Below, one piece after another: positions 39,428-56,825 of a stretch of DNA of 64,000 bases; positions within the stretch are counted from its first letter, which is position 1, and each line of letters starts with the position of its first letter. The notes beneath the pieces were generated by a model that was given only the letters and a program-made list of their open reading frames with translations, was not told the DNA's origin and searched no databases. The translations under genes and the position numbers were made by a program. The DNA is from Blastocystis sp. Blastoise (taxonomy: Eukaryota > Protista > Bigyra: Opalinata). The stretch is taken from NCBI GenBank assembly GCA_039096225.1, contig JBBPEB010000023.1:186001-250000 (forward strand), given 5' to 3'.

Positions 39428-42400
39428 ATGGATTCTCCAATAGTGATTCCTATATATGAGATAAATGATGAAGAGACACTTGAGGATGCTTGTGTTAAAG
39501 TAATTTTTGATTATATATCTAATTAATGTTTGATTTCAGGGAACAGTCATAAATATTTTCCCCAAAAGTGATGTTCCTAACCCAATAATACTTGAAGATC
39601 ATTATAAGAATTATTTAATTTGTATTATTCAAGGTAAACCTCTAATTATCCATTTTATGTTCCCTTCCTTATAGATATTCAATATGATAAAAATCAAAAT
39701 AAACGACAGAGGATGGTTGTTATATTTTACGATTCCTATGCAGATTTAATGTCACAATATCTTCATAAAAATGTACATTTTTATTTTATTTTTTTGCTAT
39801 TTTTAATTTTTTTGTTATTTTTATTATGTGTGTATCTTGTATATATTTACTATAGGATGTAATATCTATTTCTGGTGAGGCTGTAAGATTTATTGAGTTA
39901 CCAAAGTATAGAACACAACATTTTATTTTTGATTAATTCTTTTTATTTGTAGTGATCATTGTGACAATCCGAATATTTTATATATACATGCATCCTGTAA
40001 GAATGCTGAATCAGAAGGATCTGTAACTATATTAATTGACTCTGAAAAACAACGTATAAAGATATTTATAAGGTTATAAATATATATAGGTGTTCTTTTC
40101 AATAATAAGGAACGTCCATTTATACGTATATATATTATATTATCTATTATATATTATATATCATATATATTATTATTATTAGAACTCGAATTAAAGAATA
40201 TTCAATATAATCCAAAAGAAAAGTAAATTATTTGAATTTATATACTAATTTATGTTAGTACATTAATTATATGTTAGAATCATATATATATATAGCTATA
40301 TATATATAGCTATAATTATATTTCAATTAAGAATCTCTCAGCAGGAAGTCGTAATCTTTTTGGAATCGTTTTAATGGCTTCATCAGTTATCTCTACAAAA
40401 GGTATATATATATATATATCTATATTATATATCTATATATATATATTTATCTTTTTCTATATATATATTTAAAGGTACCGATCTTATGGTACGTTATCAA
40501 ATAATTGATCCAACGACATCAGCACCCTCATCGTCATTATTATTATCATCGTCATTATCCTCTTTTCGTGTCAACGGCTTCTTCAACTCCTTCGACAATA
40601 CACCTCGAGTCACTGTATATATATATATATTTTATATTATGTTTTATAATCTATAATCTATAATACAATAACTAGTTATATTCTATATATATATCTTTCT
40701 TATAGAGTATAGGAGATATAATAAGAATACATAGATTAGAAGTATTACCTTATAGGGACTTCTTTCTAGGAACAGGGAAAAAACTCAAAACAAATTACAT
40801 TGTACAATCTATTGAAAATGATCAAATATATTCCTTATCCAAAAACTACTCGTTCTCTGATTTGGATGAATCAACTTTTTCATCGTATAAACAATGGGTA
40901 CTCAATGTATGTAGTCTTAATATCTAATGAACTATTTTCTTAGACAATGGCGAAAAACGATTACGTTTTACCCTCATTGAAATATTATGTTCAACTTTCT
41001 AATACATCAAATATGTATGAAACTAATTTATATATATTATGATGTTTTGTTTTAGGAAAGGAATCGATACTATTGGTTGCGTCGTCGGAATTATCGAGGA
41101 TAAACCTAATTATGTAATTATATCTAATTGTATATATATTACCATATGTAATATACATAGATCTCCTATCAACTCTATGATTATTCAACTATAAACACAA
41201 ATGATGTAAATGATACCTTGTATGTGTCTCATTAATGATTATATACAGCATATACACATCTATCATTGTCTTTATAGATCTAAAGCACAACCATTTATAG
41301 CATCCAAACTCTCAGAATATATCAAAGTATATATTTTTTATAAACTTCTAATCAGATTGTTACTGATTCCGAATTTTGTCTGTTTTCAAACAAAAGTTAG
41401 ATATGCCGAGTAGTGCCACTCGTACACATCATTCGCCTTTTACTAATGATTTCCGGGTGTTCTATTCATTAAGGCTTTTCTTAACCATATTTTGGCGTCA
41501 GGTTTTGCTGACGATTATTAATTTAATTTTTTCTATTTTTTTTTATTGCTTATTTAAAAAATATATATTTAAATACAATATAGAGGCTTGATATTCATAT
41601 ACAAGACTGGATCCTGTTGCAAAATGTGGATTACTTAAATGGTGAATATATCTGTAATGACTCCACGAATATTATGAAAATTCCACAATTCTTCAAATGT
41701 ATTAAAGATATAAAAGATACCATCGATAAGGTTAAATTGGAAATAGGAATGAAAAATAAAGAACAGTACATATATGAAACCAAATTAAATGCAATGAGAA
41801 TTAAGCCAGTAACAATGACTCGAATATCTTCTACTATTCAATGTAAACCAGAAGTGTATACGTCTTTATATTCACTCAACCATATATGTAACAATGGTGT
41901 ATATTTGAGTCATTGTCAGGTATTAGATTATTATCCAAAATCTATCGATATCATTAATTGGAATGACATGTCAAATGTATATAAATTCATAATTACTCTT
42001 CAATATAGGTTAATTGTTTTTAGATGTTTCTAGATATAATTATATATATATATATTTTATATACAATGTTTATATTCTTATTTTATGTATATATTCTTAG
42101 ATAAATGAATTTATATGTTTTATTACATATATATATATATTTTAATATAATTTTAATATATGCATTCCTATAGGAAAAGATCATATTTTTCTTTCATGTA
42201 ACGGATGGTACAGATATATCCTTGTTATTCTTAACTGAAGAACAATTTCATATACTTACAAACTTTAAATATATCAATAAAAATACTCAGGAAAATTCTG
42301 ATAATAATACTATTCTTTTAGATGTATATATATATATTTATTATATTCAGAGAAAAACTTGTTTTTCTTTAATTAATTGTGCTATTTATTGTATTATATA

Positions 42401-42516
42401 TAAATATATAGATCTCTAAATTACAAGACCGAAATGTATTTTGTGATTTTCTGATTCGTCGCTGTCAAAATAAACAAAGAACGTCACTTTATATAGTGGA
42501 CTCATGCTTTCTATAA
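39428..42516 (+). CDS. POT1: POT1-like telomeric ssDNA-binding protein with an extra N-terminal OB-like domain
   Basis: YNYISIKNLSAGSRNLFGIV...STK|GTDLMVRYQIIDPT...VNGFF...PRVT|SIGDIIRIHRLEV matches POT1 OB1 (GTD...D...GDIIRxHR). QDWILLQNV is OB2-like; C-terminal CQVLDYYP and FHVTDGT are OB3-like. Confidence 0.85.
41401..41515 (+). ncRNA. U5: U5 spliceosomal snRNA, intronic
   Basis: Invariant loop 1 in its stem: ATCATT-CGCCTTTTACT-AATGAT, followed by TTCCG. 5' GCC/GAGTAG pairs with CTATTC/GGC. Sm-like site ATATTTTGG at 41487-41495 and 3' hairpin CGTCAG/CTGACG. Ends approximate. Confidence 0.92.
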
Positions 42517-43316
42517 TCATAGTTTACTATTGTTTACATATATTATATTCTTTTGTTATAAATACATATTGTTTTGAAAGATTTATATGAATAACATCGT
42601 TTCAAACATACACTGTAAATAATACAAGGATATAACATATTCTATGGTCTTTTAAAAGCAATTGCTACTATTTTTTTTATTTTAGTCATCAGAATTTGTT
42701 TAGGTGCATTATTATTTAGTTTATTCATTTATGTAGATCCATTCAGAAATATTTTATCATAGTATTTGTCAATAATTTTTGAAATATCGTCTGAAATTCT
42801 TTGATTATAGATATGTATATACTTATTTAGATCTAAAAGAAGTTTTTGCGAAATAGATACATGAATATTTATTCTATAAAAACGTTATATTCATAAAGTG
42901 AATCATACTCAAATCATTAATTTAAAAAAGACACAATTTTTATCACATTTAATATATTCTTTATAGTATAGCTGACATACTGGTATTAGTAAACGAATTA
43001 TAAATCACATATCTTCGATGTGAAAAACATAGAATACATTTTAAGTGAGTAAATCGTTGAATCAGATACTCATTACATGAACAAAGAAACTCTACGCTAT
43101 TTCTTATTGTTTGAAGCAAGATTGTTGTAGTTTATAATCATATTATACTAAAAATGTAATACTAAAAAATTTTTGTTCCAAAATTTTTTTATATCCTTTT
43201 TCCATAATAAGCATACAATACAAACGTAAAGTGATCGCTACCGATCTGGTAACTTTTTGACTTATTCTATTGTATATCATCATATTAAAGTTGTTTATGT
43301 GTTTATTGATATCTGA

Positions 43317-46576
<3,260 letters not shown>

Positions 46577-48371
46577 ACATATTGAAAGACCTATTAGTTA
46601 TTATTTTATAAGCTAATACATCACTTTTTATTTTATTGATTTTTATTACATATATTCATGTATTAATCCTATATACATTTTAAAATATTGTTCATTAATA
46701 GTTTGGTTATTATTATTTTAACATAATAGTCACTGTACATCTGCAGTTTAAATGGATCTTCTTTTAATGCCTCTATTAATAACGTTTATAATGATAAAGA
46801 AGATGTACAGATTTCTTTTTAATTGAAAAGCATGTACTTTTTATACCTCAACTTATATATGAATGCTTATACATCTATAAAGCAAGTCATGTTTTGAGTG
46901 TCTTCAATAAAATACCAAGAACATGATTTAATAGAATTATGAAAATAATGAAGAATTCTCCCAATATATCAAGAATATCATGTGATTTATATTCGTTAAT
47001 ATCTATTATATATAACAATATTTTCATAATTTTAAACTTCTATAAAAAATTCCATATGAATATATCTCAGTCCTTACATAAATTAAATGAAACTTTAGTT
47101 TTTAAATATCTATTAATATGTAAATTACATTTACTAAAAATAGGATCTTCTATGTGCAGTTCTATACTACACATTTATAATCGTAAATGCAGGCAAGATA
47201 TTATTTATTGATATATAAATTATATATACGCTTATTGTAGAAGAAAGTATATTATAAATAACTAAAAAGAGTCATAAATAATTAATACATAAGTATATCT
47301 CCATAAAGCAATATTTAAAGAGAGATGTAATGTTATTAAAACGATAAAAGGGCAAGAAATAAACATATTAACTAGAATAACTATAATTATATAATTACCT
47401 CTCAAAACATCACTTATAGATCTCATATCAAAAAATGTTTAAAGCAAATATCATTATATGTATTTATATATATATAAAACAAAAAATTTCATAAGAATAT
47501 TTTTTAAATGAGCTTATTATAGAATTGACAGTAAATCTTGTTTGGTATATTCAAATTATATTAGTAATGAGCTTTTCTATATACAAGTATTTATTTTATT
47601 AATAATAACATAATATTTTATACAAAGTAATTTCTAATTAATTAATAATATTAATCACATTTATATAACCATGTCTGATAATTATGGAGATATATTCTGG
47701 AACCTTTTTTATCTCGTCAAAGAAAATAATATGGCTTCTAACAATCTGCATCATTATTTATAGTCTCCCTTAATTTAATCATATATGAATACATTCATCT
47801 TTAATCATTATAAAACTTCTATAAAAGATGATACATAATATTTTGATTACAAAAAATCACGTGAAATCTCTCTTTGTTATCTCAGTATACTCTTTTATGG
47901 TTTTTTAATAATAGAATAGAATATACTATGCAAAGAACTCTTAAAGCCTTTCATTCATCATATATCAAAACGAGAATGCACATAATTCTATTATTCTATC
48001 GAAAGAAATAACAAAAAAAAAATTCATGGTTATTTAGTATATGATACCTATATAACTATCAACTAATAATCAAAAATGAATTGATTGTTGTCAATGCATT
48101 GTTACCACTCATTGAAAAATAATCATTGTCATATTCAAATAGTTTAGTACTTTGATTAATATAATCCAAATAAAGAAGCCTTTATCATATGTAATTAAGT
48201 CTACAAAATTTAAACAAAAAACTTAAAAAATTTCTTTTTTCTATAGTTTTTTCAGCTGACTCTTCGTTAAATAAGAATGCTTAGAATTCATTTTTATTAT
48301 TTCTTATAAATTATATTGGTTAAGGTAATCAATATCTGTAGTACATACTAACTCTATACATAGAAACTCAA

Positions 48372-49358
48372 ATGAATAAGAACAATCTGCAATTAATTTT
48401 ATTTTGCTTTCTTGTTAATATAGGTAATATTCTTGTAATTTATGCTTCTATCTATATCTATACATACATCTGTTTGCTATTCATAAAAATAATCACAAAT
48501 ATAGTCCATTCAATATGCCAAGTTCCAAAGTCAGCATTTATGATTACGAGAAAGTTATCCTACAATCCTGAGAATGAGAGGTGGGCTGTGCACGAAGGTT
48601 ATAATACAACTAATCTGGGGATAATTGTTTTTGAAGGGCCAATTGAAAGTAATGAAAACGAAACTGTCACATATGAAGTATGTCTTCAACTAAATTTTCA
48701 GTATTCTTTAGTTCTATGGGATATGTATATATTTATTATATCATTATAATATAAGAATACTTGAAATACTATATAGTTATGATGAAGGCTGGAGTATAGA
48801 TTCTACAATTCATATCAGTATCGATACAATAACTCTCTTAGTTGATACCCTTGAAACTAATGACACTTCTGATCATGTAAAGAAAATAATACCTTTTCAA
48901 AGTATCTTTTTATCTCTATGTTTTTCTAATTTATTTTTTATTCTATAGTAAATTATTTGATTGCTCCTGGTTCTATTTGGAAGACAACTAGTATGTATAA
49001 TTGTAATAATGTGTTTATGTTATTGAGTTATTCTGATATTGTTTGGACTTCTCTTGCTCCTGGTTCTTTTCCTGTTATTTCTACTACTACTCGTTATTAT
49101 AGATATACTTCTTCTTTTGTTGATACTTCTGCTTATGCTCTTCGTATTGGTATTAAAACAAATTCTGGTTTTATTGCTTATGTAAATGGTATTGAAGCTT
49201 CTCGTGTTGGTTTACCTGAGTATATATATATATAAACTTATAATATTTATATATTTATATATCATAGTGTTAAAGATTCAAATACTGTTTCTTTAACTGC
49301 TGAAACAGAAGCTACTTGGAAAACGTATATATATATAAATAAATAAATAAATAAATAA

Positions 49359-49401
<43 letters not shown>

Positions 49402-52400
49402 TTCTTTTATAGAGAAAATACTCATAATTTTATATTTATATACAATACATAGTTTTGTCATTCCTGCATCTCTTTACATATCTCTACATTCTTCTATTCT
49501 AATTGCTGTTGAAGTTCACTCTCATCCTTCTCAACTAATGACAGAAGATACTTTTAACGCTTATGTCAGTCCTATTATCTCTACTGGTATATAGAAATAT
49601 TATATTTTATAGCTTATACCGGTTTATGTTTATTATAATATACTTATAATAAATAAAAAGACGTATACTCATGATTATTACACTATAGATGGTGAAGTTG
49701 TTACTGCTGGTGGTAATGTTACTTGCTCTGTTGAAAGTAGTAATATAATTAATGTTTGTACAAATGTTGTTGATGATTTTGATGATACTAAATACAATTT
49801 CCCTGGTAACACTGCTACTATTACTATTGCTCTTCCTAATGGATCTAAAACTTGGTTTAATGCTTATCAAGTTACTTCTGCTAATGATATGCAAGCATGG
49901 ATCCTAGAGAATGGAAATTCTATGGTTCTGAAGATGGTGGTATTACTTGGATATTCTTAGATCATGTTATTAATAACAAATTTGCTGCTAGAGGAACTAG
50001 TTATACGTTTAATATTCCTTCGAATAGAAAATCCTTTAATCAAATTAAATTTGATATATTAAATAATAATGGCGACAGTTATACTCAATTAGCTGAAATT
50101 CGTACTTTTGTTACAAATCAACCTCTAGTTGCTCCTGGTCTTCAATATCCTTCTCCTACTCTTAATATTTATACTTATATGTCTGTATCTGTTGCTCCTA
50201 TTTCAAGTGGTATTCATACTTATACTGTTTCTCCTGACTTACCTACGGGATTATTTTTTAATTCTATTAATGGTGCTATTTATGGTTCTGTAACTACAAC
50301 TTCACCTACTATAATATATGCTATTAGTGCTATTGATGGTGCTACTAATGCTGCTACTACTTTTACTATGACTATTAGTGTTATTGCTTGTCAACAACCT
50401 ATTATGGCTCAAGTTACTGTTACTAAAGTAAATAAATCGACTTCTAAAGATGAACGTGTTGTTATTTATACTGAAGATAATACTCAAATTATTACTCTTA
50501 CTGGTGTTAATAATGGTACTAATCAAGTATTAAATGAATGTCAACCTGCTGGTCGTTGGAAATTTGTTCTTTTCGATGATAATAATGATGGTTGGGGAAA
50601 AGGTGCTTATCTTGATGTTTCATTAAAATATGATCTTACTACTGAACATAGAATTGCTCGTTTATATTTATTAGCTGGTACTACTGCTACTTATTATGTT
50701 AATACTCGTCTTGATCTTGGTCCTAAATCTGCTTGGAAATATCAACAAGGTGCTCCTACTGATGTTACTTGGAAAACAATATCATTTTTTGACACACACT
50801 GGAAAACTTTAACTTATAGTCCTCTTGTTTCAGTTACAGAAAGAATCATTCTTCTTAGAAAGACTTTTACTATTACTTCTAAGACTAATATGGTTGGTTG
50901 GGAATTATTTTTTAAATCTAAAGATGGTAGTGTCATTTATGTTAATGGCAATGAAGTCTATAGATATAATCTTATTGCTGGTGAAATTACTGCTGTTACT
51001 ACTCCTATTGGTGGTGAAAACTCTTTCTTATGGAGATCTGTATCGGGTGCTATGACTACTCTTTCTAATGGTAATAGTGTTACTATAGCTATTGCTCTTG
51101 TTAATCTTGGTACTACTTCTTATAATCTTGAATTTGATGGTTTGTTCCGTCTTCTTGGAGATGCGAATGTCATTCAAAATGCAGCTGATGGTAATTATGA
51201 TTCTAGTGGTGTTTTCTCTGATGGTAATCCTGAATATCTTTTTGATTCAGTTCCTAGAAGTCGTTGGATATCTGATGAACATGATTCTGTAACTGAAAAA
51301 TGGGTTACTGTAGAATTTAATAACAAAAGAGCTATTTACATGAATAAATATTGTCTTATTTCAAATAGAGATTCTCCTCAACATGATCCTGCTGATTGGA
51401 CTATTTATGGTTCTATGGATGGTACTACTTGAACTTCTATTACTTCTCAATCTAATGTTTCTTGGGAAGAAAGAAAACAAAGACAATGTTTCTTTGCTCT
51501 TGGTACTACTCAAGCTTATACTAATTATAAGATTTCAATAACAAAAGCTACTGAAATATTACCACAAAATAAATATGCTTTTGCTGAATGGGAATTCTTA
51601 ATGATTGATGCTGCTTCTATTGTTATTCCTCCTTTTACGTTCAATCCTACTAATCTTGTTGCTTATAAAGGTGGAATTATTCCTGCTCTTTTAGTTTCTT
51701 CTGAATATTATTATGATTTCAGTATTTTTCCTGCTCTTCCTACTGGTCTTTCTATGGATTCTTCTAATGGCTATTTCAATGGTATTGCTACTCAACTTCA
51801 ATCTCCTACTGCTTATACTATTAGTGCTAAGAATATTCAAGGTACTCCTGTAGCTACTACTATTACTTTCTCTGTAATTGCTTGTTCTTATCCTAATAAC
51901 TTATTCAAGTTAAGATTCTATTTCTCTACTTATGCTAATGAAGCTTCTTGGACACTTAAAGATTCTACTGGTACTACTGTTGCTTCTAAGACTACTGCTA
52001 TTAACTATTCTACTCAAAATTTCATTTATTGTAGAGCTGCTGGTATTTATACTTTAGTTATGTCTGATAGTAAGAATGATGGTTGGGGTGATGGTACTTA
52101 TTCTGTATTTGTTGAAGATAGTACAACTGCTCTTGTTTCTGGTTCTCTTGCTGTAGGTGAATCTCCTAAGACTGTTACTCTTAATATTGGTAGAATTGTT
52201 TCTAGTACTGCTACTTGGAAATACTTAAATTCTGGTTCTGAAGCTCCTTCTGGTTGGAATACTGCTACTTTCTCTGATGCTGTTTGGACTTCTGGTATTT
52301 CTGGATCTTTACCTGTTCCTACTGGTACTACTCAATATTATAGAACTACTTTCACTCTTGCTACTATTGATCCTGCTTATGCTGGTCTTGATATTGGTGC

Positions 52401-54702
52401 TAGTACTTATGCTGGTATGATCATTTATCTTAATGGCCAAGAAATTCGTAGAATTAATATGCCTGCTGGTGCTGTCAACTATAATACATTAGCTACTTCT
52501 ATTCTATCTAATCCTATGACATTTACTGGCTCAATTAGTCTTGTTGGTTCTACTATTCTTACTACTGGTACTAATGTTATTGCTATTGAAATTCATAAGA
52601 AAGATACACTTCCTGCTTCTAATGTATTTGATGGCTATGCTTCTTTTATCGCTTCTGGTGAATATAGAGTTCTTGATGGTATTAGTTCTTCTGATGTTGA
52701 AAAGATTGGATTTGAAGGTACTGATAAGCTATTTGATAATAAAATAGATACTAAGGTTGTTAGTGGTCCTAGATGTGTTGGTGCTTGGTTCCAATGGACT
52801 TATAATCAAGGTCGTAGAGAATTTATTAATCAATATAAAGTTAGTAATGCTAATGATTGTAATCAAAGACATCCTTCTGGTTGGAGAATTGAAGGTTCTA
52901 ATGATGGTGCTACTTGGACTTTATTACATTATGCTCATAATCAATATTTCACTTCTTTCAAACAAACTTTCGATTATAATTTCTATGCTGCTCAACCTTA
53001 TAATGCTTTTAGAATGGTTGTTACTGAATGTTCTAATACTCCTCTTGATAGTGTTGGTTGTGGTGATGGTAATATTCAATTATCTGAATTAGGTTTTTAT
53101 ATTACTAATACTCCTGCTGCTTGTGCTGCTTCTGGTACTTGGGGACCTGCTCCTGAAGGTGGTTTCTCCTTCCAAGAATGTGCTAATGGTTATACAGGTA
53201 TTCAAAGAAGATTATGTACTGCTGGTGTTTTTGGTGAAGTTCAACAACTTTGTACTTTAGTTGCTCCTACTAATCTTGCTTATGCTGGTTCTCCTTATAC
53301 TTATCATAAGAATGTTCCTGTATCTCTTGCTGCTACTGTTACTGGTGCTGCTTTAACTTTCACTATTGATCCTGCTCTTGCTTCTGGTCTTTCTATTAAT
53401 CCTTCTACTGGTGTTATTTCTGGTACTCCTCTTGCTAATTCTGCTCTTACTACTTATACTGTTACTGCTACTAATACTACTGGTTCTGTTACTACTACTA
53501 TTATGATCCAAGTTGATACTGCTTCTTGTGCTGCTGATGGTACTTGGCCTATTACTGAAGCTGGTCAACAAGCTACTTTAGCTTGTTTAGATACTATTAA
53601 TTATGAAGGTTCTAGAACTAGATTATGTCAAGTCAGTTATCCTGCTGTTTGGGGTTCTGTTGTTGATGGTTGTCAATTAAAAATGCCTACTATTATGTAT
53701 TCTACTACTACTATTACTGGTTATAAGAATGATGCTATTAATCCTGTTATTGCTACTGTTACTGGTGGTAGTCTTAATCCTCTTACTATTGCTCCTTCTC
53801 TTCCTACTGGTTTATCTTTCAATGCTCAAAATGGTCAAATCTCTGGTACTCCTGTTGCTGCTTCTACTGATACTTATACTGTAACTGCTTCTAATGCTAG
53901 AGGTCAAGCTACTGCTGTTATTACTATTAATATCAGTGTTGTTAACTGTACTCTTGATGGTATTTGGCCTGCTACTGAAAAAACTAATACTGTTTATACT
54001 GCTTGTCCTAATGGTCAATCAGGAGTTCAAATTCGTACATGTATTTATGAAGGTTTTGGAAACGCTATATGGAGCACTCCTGATACTTCTAACTGTTTCG
54101 TTTATAATGATCTTGAAAATGCCAATGAGAATTATCATTTTATATATGTTCCTATTATAATTGAAGGAATTACAGAAGAAAAATTCAATAGTCCTTTAAC
54201 AATAGAACATTTTAGAACTATTATTATCAACTATCTTCATATGTATTCAATTCCATCTACAAATGTTAAAGTAATAAAAGCATCAAGTCAATCAACAGAT
54301 TCTCGAACTCTTTTTATTACTATTCAAATTATATCTGAAGATATATATATAGAAATGATATCAAATGATCTGAATACATACTTAACTGGTCCTAACTCTG
54401 ATCTTCTTCATGATTGTATATCTAGTATAGATGATCATCTTAATACTATTACTAATGCATCCCTTAATGGTAGTATTACTATTGGTAAGAATATAACATT
54501 ACTTGGTTTTAAATTATATATTTTTATTGTAACAGCTCTTGCACTTGTTATTAGCCCTGTTGTTATTATTATTGTTATTAGTCTCTTCTGTGTCTATCAA
54601 TGCTTAAAGAAGAAATGCTCCAATAAAAGACGACTCTTAGTTGCACATAAAAAAATGAATACAAAAACACAAGTAGTACCTGATAGTGTTATTACAATCT
54701 AA
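48372..54702 (+). pseudogene. Very large type-I surface protein gene (discoidin/F5-8-like, putative Ig/He_PIG-like and Cys-rich repeats, C-terminal TM) with one frameshift and one in-frame TGA
   Basis: Signal-like N-terminus; repeats DPxxWxxxGSxDGxTW and PxLPxGLxxxxxxGxIxGTP, CxxDGxWP Cys repeats, then a TM and basic tail. Frameshift at about 49896 and TGA at 51430 at a conserved Trp position. Confidence 0.75.
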
Positions 54703-56257
54703 ATAATATGTACATATATCATAACCTTATAAATATTCATTTTAATTCTCCATTTTCTTTTCTATTATTTTAATATATATTAAACTGAATTATTATTCAT
54801 TTCTAATTAATCATTATATCTATTGATACTTAAATATCATTCTTTTTCTAATTACTTAACTTTCTATCAATTATACATGTAGAGTTAATATTGTTTTTTA
54901 TTTTTTCGTGCTCATTTTATTAATGTTATTTACATATTTGATGAAGAAGATAATCAAAATAAAGCATACTTTACAGAAGATACTTTAATATAGGCAACTT
55001 ATATTTATTATTCTATATGTATAAGTAATAATCAAGAATATCATCATAATAATAATAAGCCAATTAAATGGTATACTTTTACAAAACCTAGAGACATTAA
55101 TATCAAATAATATACAAAGAAAAACTATTGGCATAAATGTCAGGTTATTATTTCAATAATAAAAATATATTTATAATATTGAACTTGAAATATAATTATT
55201 CCTAGCAAGTGATTGATATGTTTTATATGATAGATTCTTATATATATCAACCCAATTTGCAATATCTAGTATTTTTCAATATCTTCGTTTTCACACTGAA
55301 ATAGCAAGAACAATTTAATAGTCAAAAATGAATTATACATTATTAATATGAAAAACAGTAGTTTTTCTCAAATGTTGTTTCAACAAGAACAGAAGTTTTA
55401 AATAAATAAAACAAAGCAGTATAAAACCAACTTATTCTAACCATTTTATTTCAACTACTATTTCAAATTTATTTTATGTAGTTTACTCAATGATAACATC
55501 AACTGTGATCTATTCAAATTATGTCTGTTGAAAAACTACATCTTTAGGACAAACTTCTTTATGAGTAATTATTTTAAAACAACTTGTTTTCTTAACTCTT
55601 AACAATTCTTATTCATTAATTCTATTGCATACAACATCTACATGTTCTAGATGATAATAATAATAATTCTTGTATGATAAATCACATTAAAACTGATTTT
55701 CAAAAATGAGCTCATCGAACTAAAATAGCATCAATAAATATAAATATGAAATTGATTCTTTCAACACTTCAAATAAATCATCTTCTTGAGTGTTTTATAT
55801 CATTAGATCTATCTGTAATCCTTTGATGAATTGATGTCTTCCGGAAAAATACTAAAAGAATTACACTCTTTTCTTCATTATACACAAGTTAAAAGTTGCT
55901 AAAAGCTAATACAAATAAGGTAATATCTTTTATACAAACCTCAAGACAAATGAAGAAATACGTTTAATTTTTTAAAATATAAACAAAAACAACGACAATA
56001 TACTAAAAACATTATTCTTAAAAGTTTCTCTTTTTGGAAAATAAAAAACCATGATTATCTAATATATCTCCCGTATAAAAAAAGAATTAGCATTCCAATA
56101 AAATACTTCGCTTAACAGAAGGAAAGGTTCTTATGCCAAAAGAAGATGGGACCTCATGCCATCACATGCTTTGAAACATTAATAATTGAAACTATTTGGT
56201 TTTTTATGTTTTGCTTTTTACTCATTTTTTTATTTCATTTAATTGATTTAAAGCCTT

Positions 56258-56794
56258 ATGATGAAGTTGATTGTCCTTGTTTTACTTATTTTTATTGTTG
56301 GAACTTTTTCAACCATTTTACAACCTTCGGATTATGCCGATGTCCAAAGTACCAAGTGTTTATCTGATGTTTCTGTTGGAGGTGGCTCTTCTAGTGGTAA
56401 TACATATACTGTAAATGCTACGTATACAAGAAACTTCCCATGTTATGATGATAGAAGACCCGAATGTGATTCACCATTTCCTGCTAGTATTGCATATGCT
56501 GTAGCTGATACTGTAACAGAAACATACATCAACTTCCATCATGATAGAAGAAGACGTGACTTCAGATTAGATCCTCAAGATTTCCTAGATTGTTATACAC
56601 ATTATATTCTGAATAATTTTACTAAAGAGGATTTAGCTCATATCAGTGTTGCTGATGCCCTTGATTATGTTGAAATATATGGTATACTCCCATACTGTCA
56701 AAGAAATGATCATAATCATATTCATGGAATTGTTGTTGATTATCCTGATCCAGATAGATGTGATACTGATAGAAGAAGAGCTGTAATTATTTTA

Positions 56795-56825
<31 letters not shown>

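Noticed and set aside
42216-42235. Third U12 intron (ATATCCTT...CTTAAC)
   Set aside because: It lies in an open exon (DGTDISLLFLTEE) and is far too short.
51430-51432. Genome-wide TGA=Trp reassignment or selenocysteine
   Set aside because: Trp is encoded by TGG elsewhere, TGA ends other modelled genes (16552, 46574), the aligned residue is Trp rather than Cys, and the same gene has a frameshift.
49607-54018. Antisense Ser/Asn/Arg-rich ORFs and Leu-rich alternate-frame ORFs
   Set aside because: By-products of the extreme T-ending codon bias of the sense gene.
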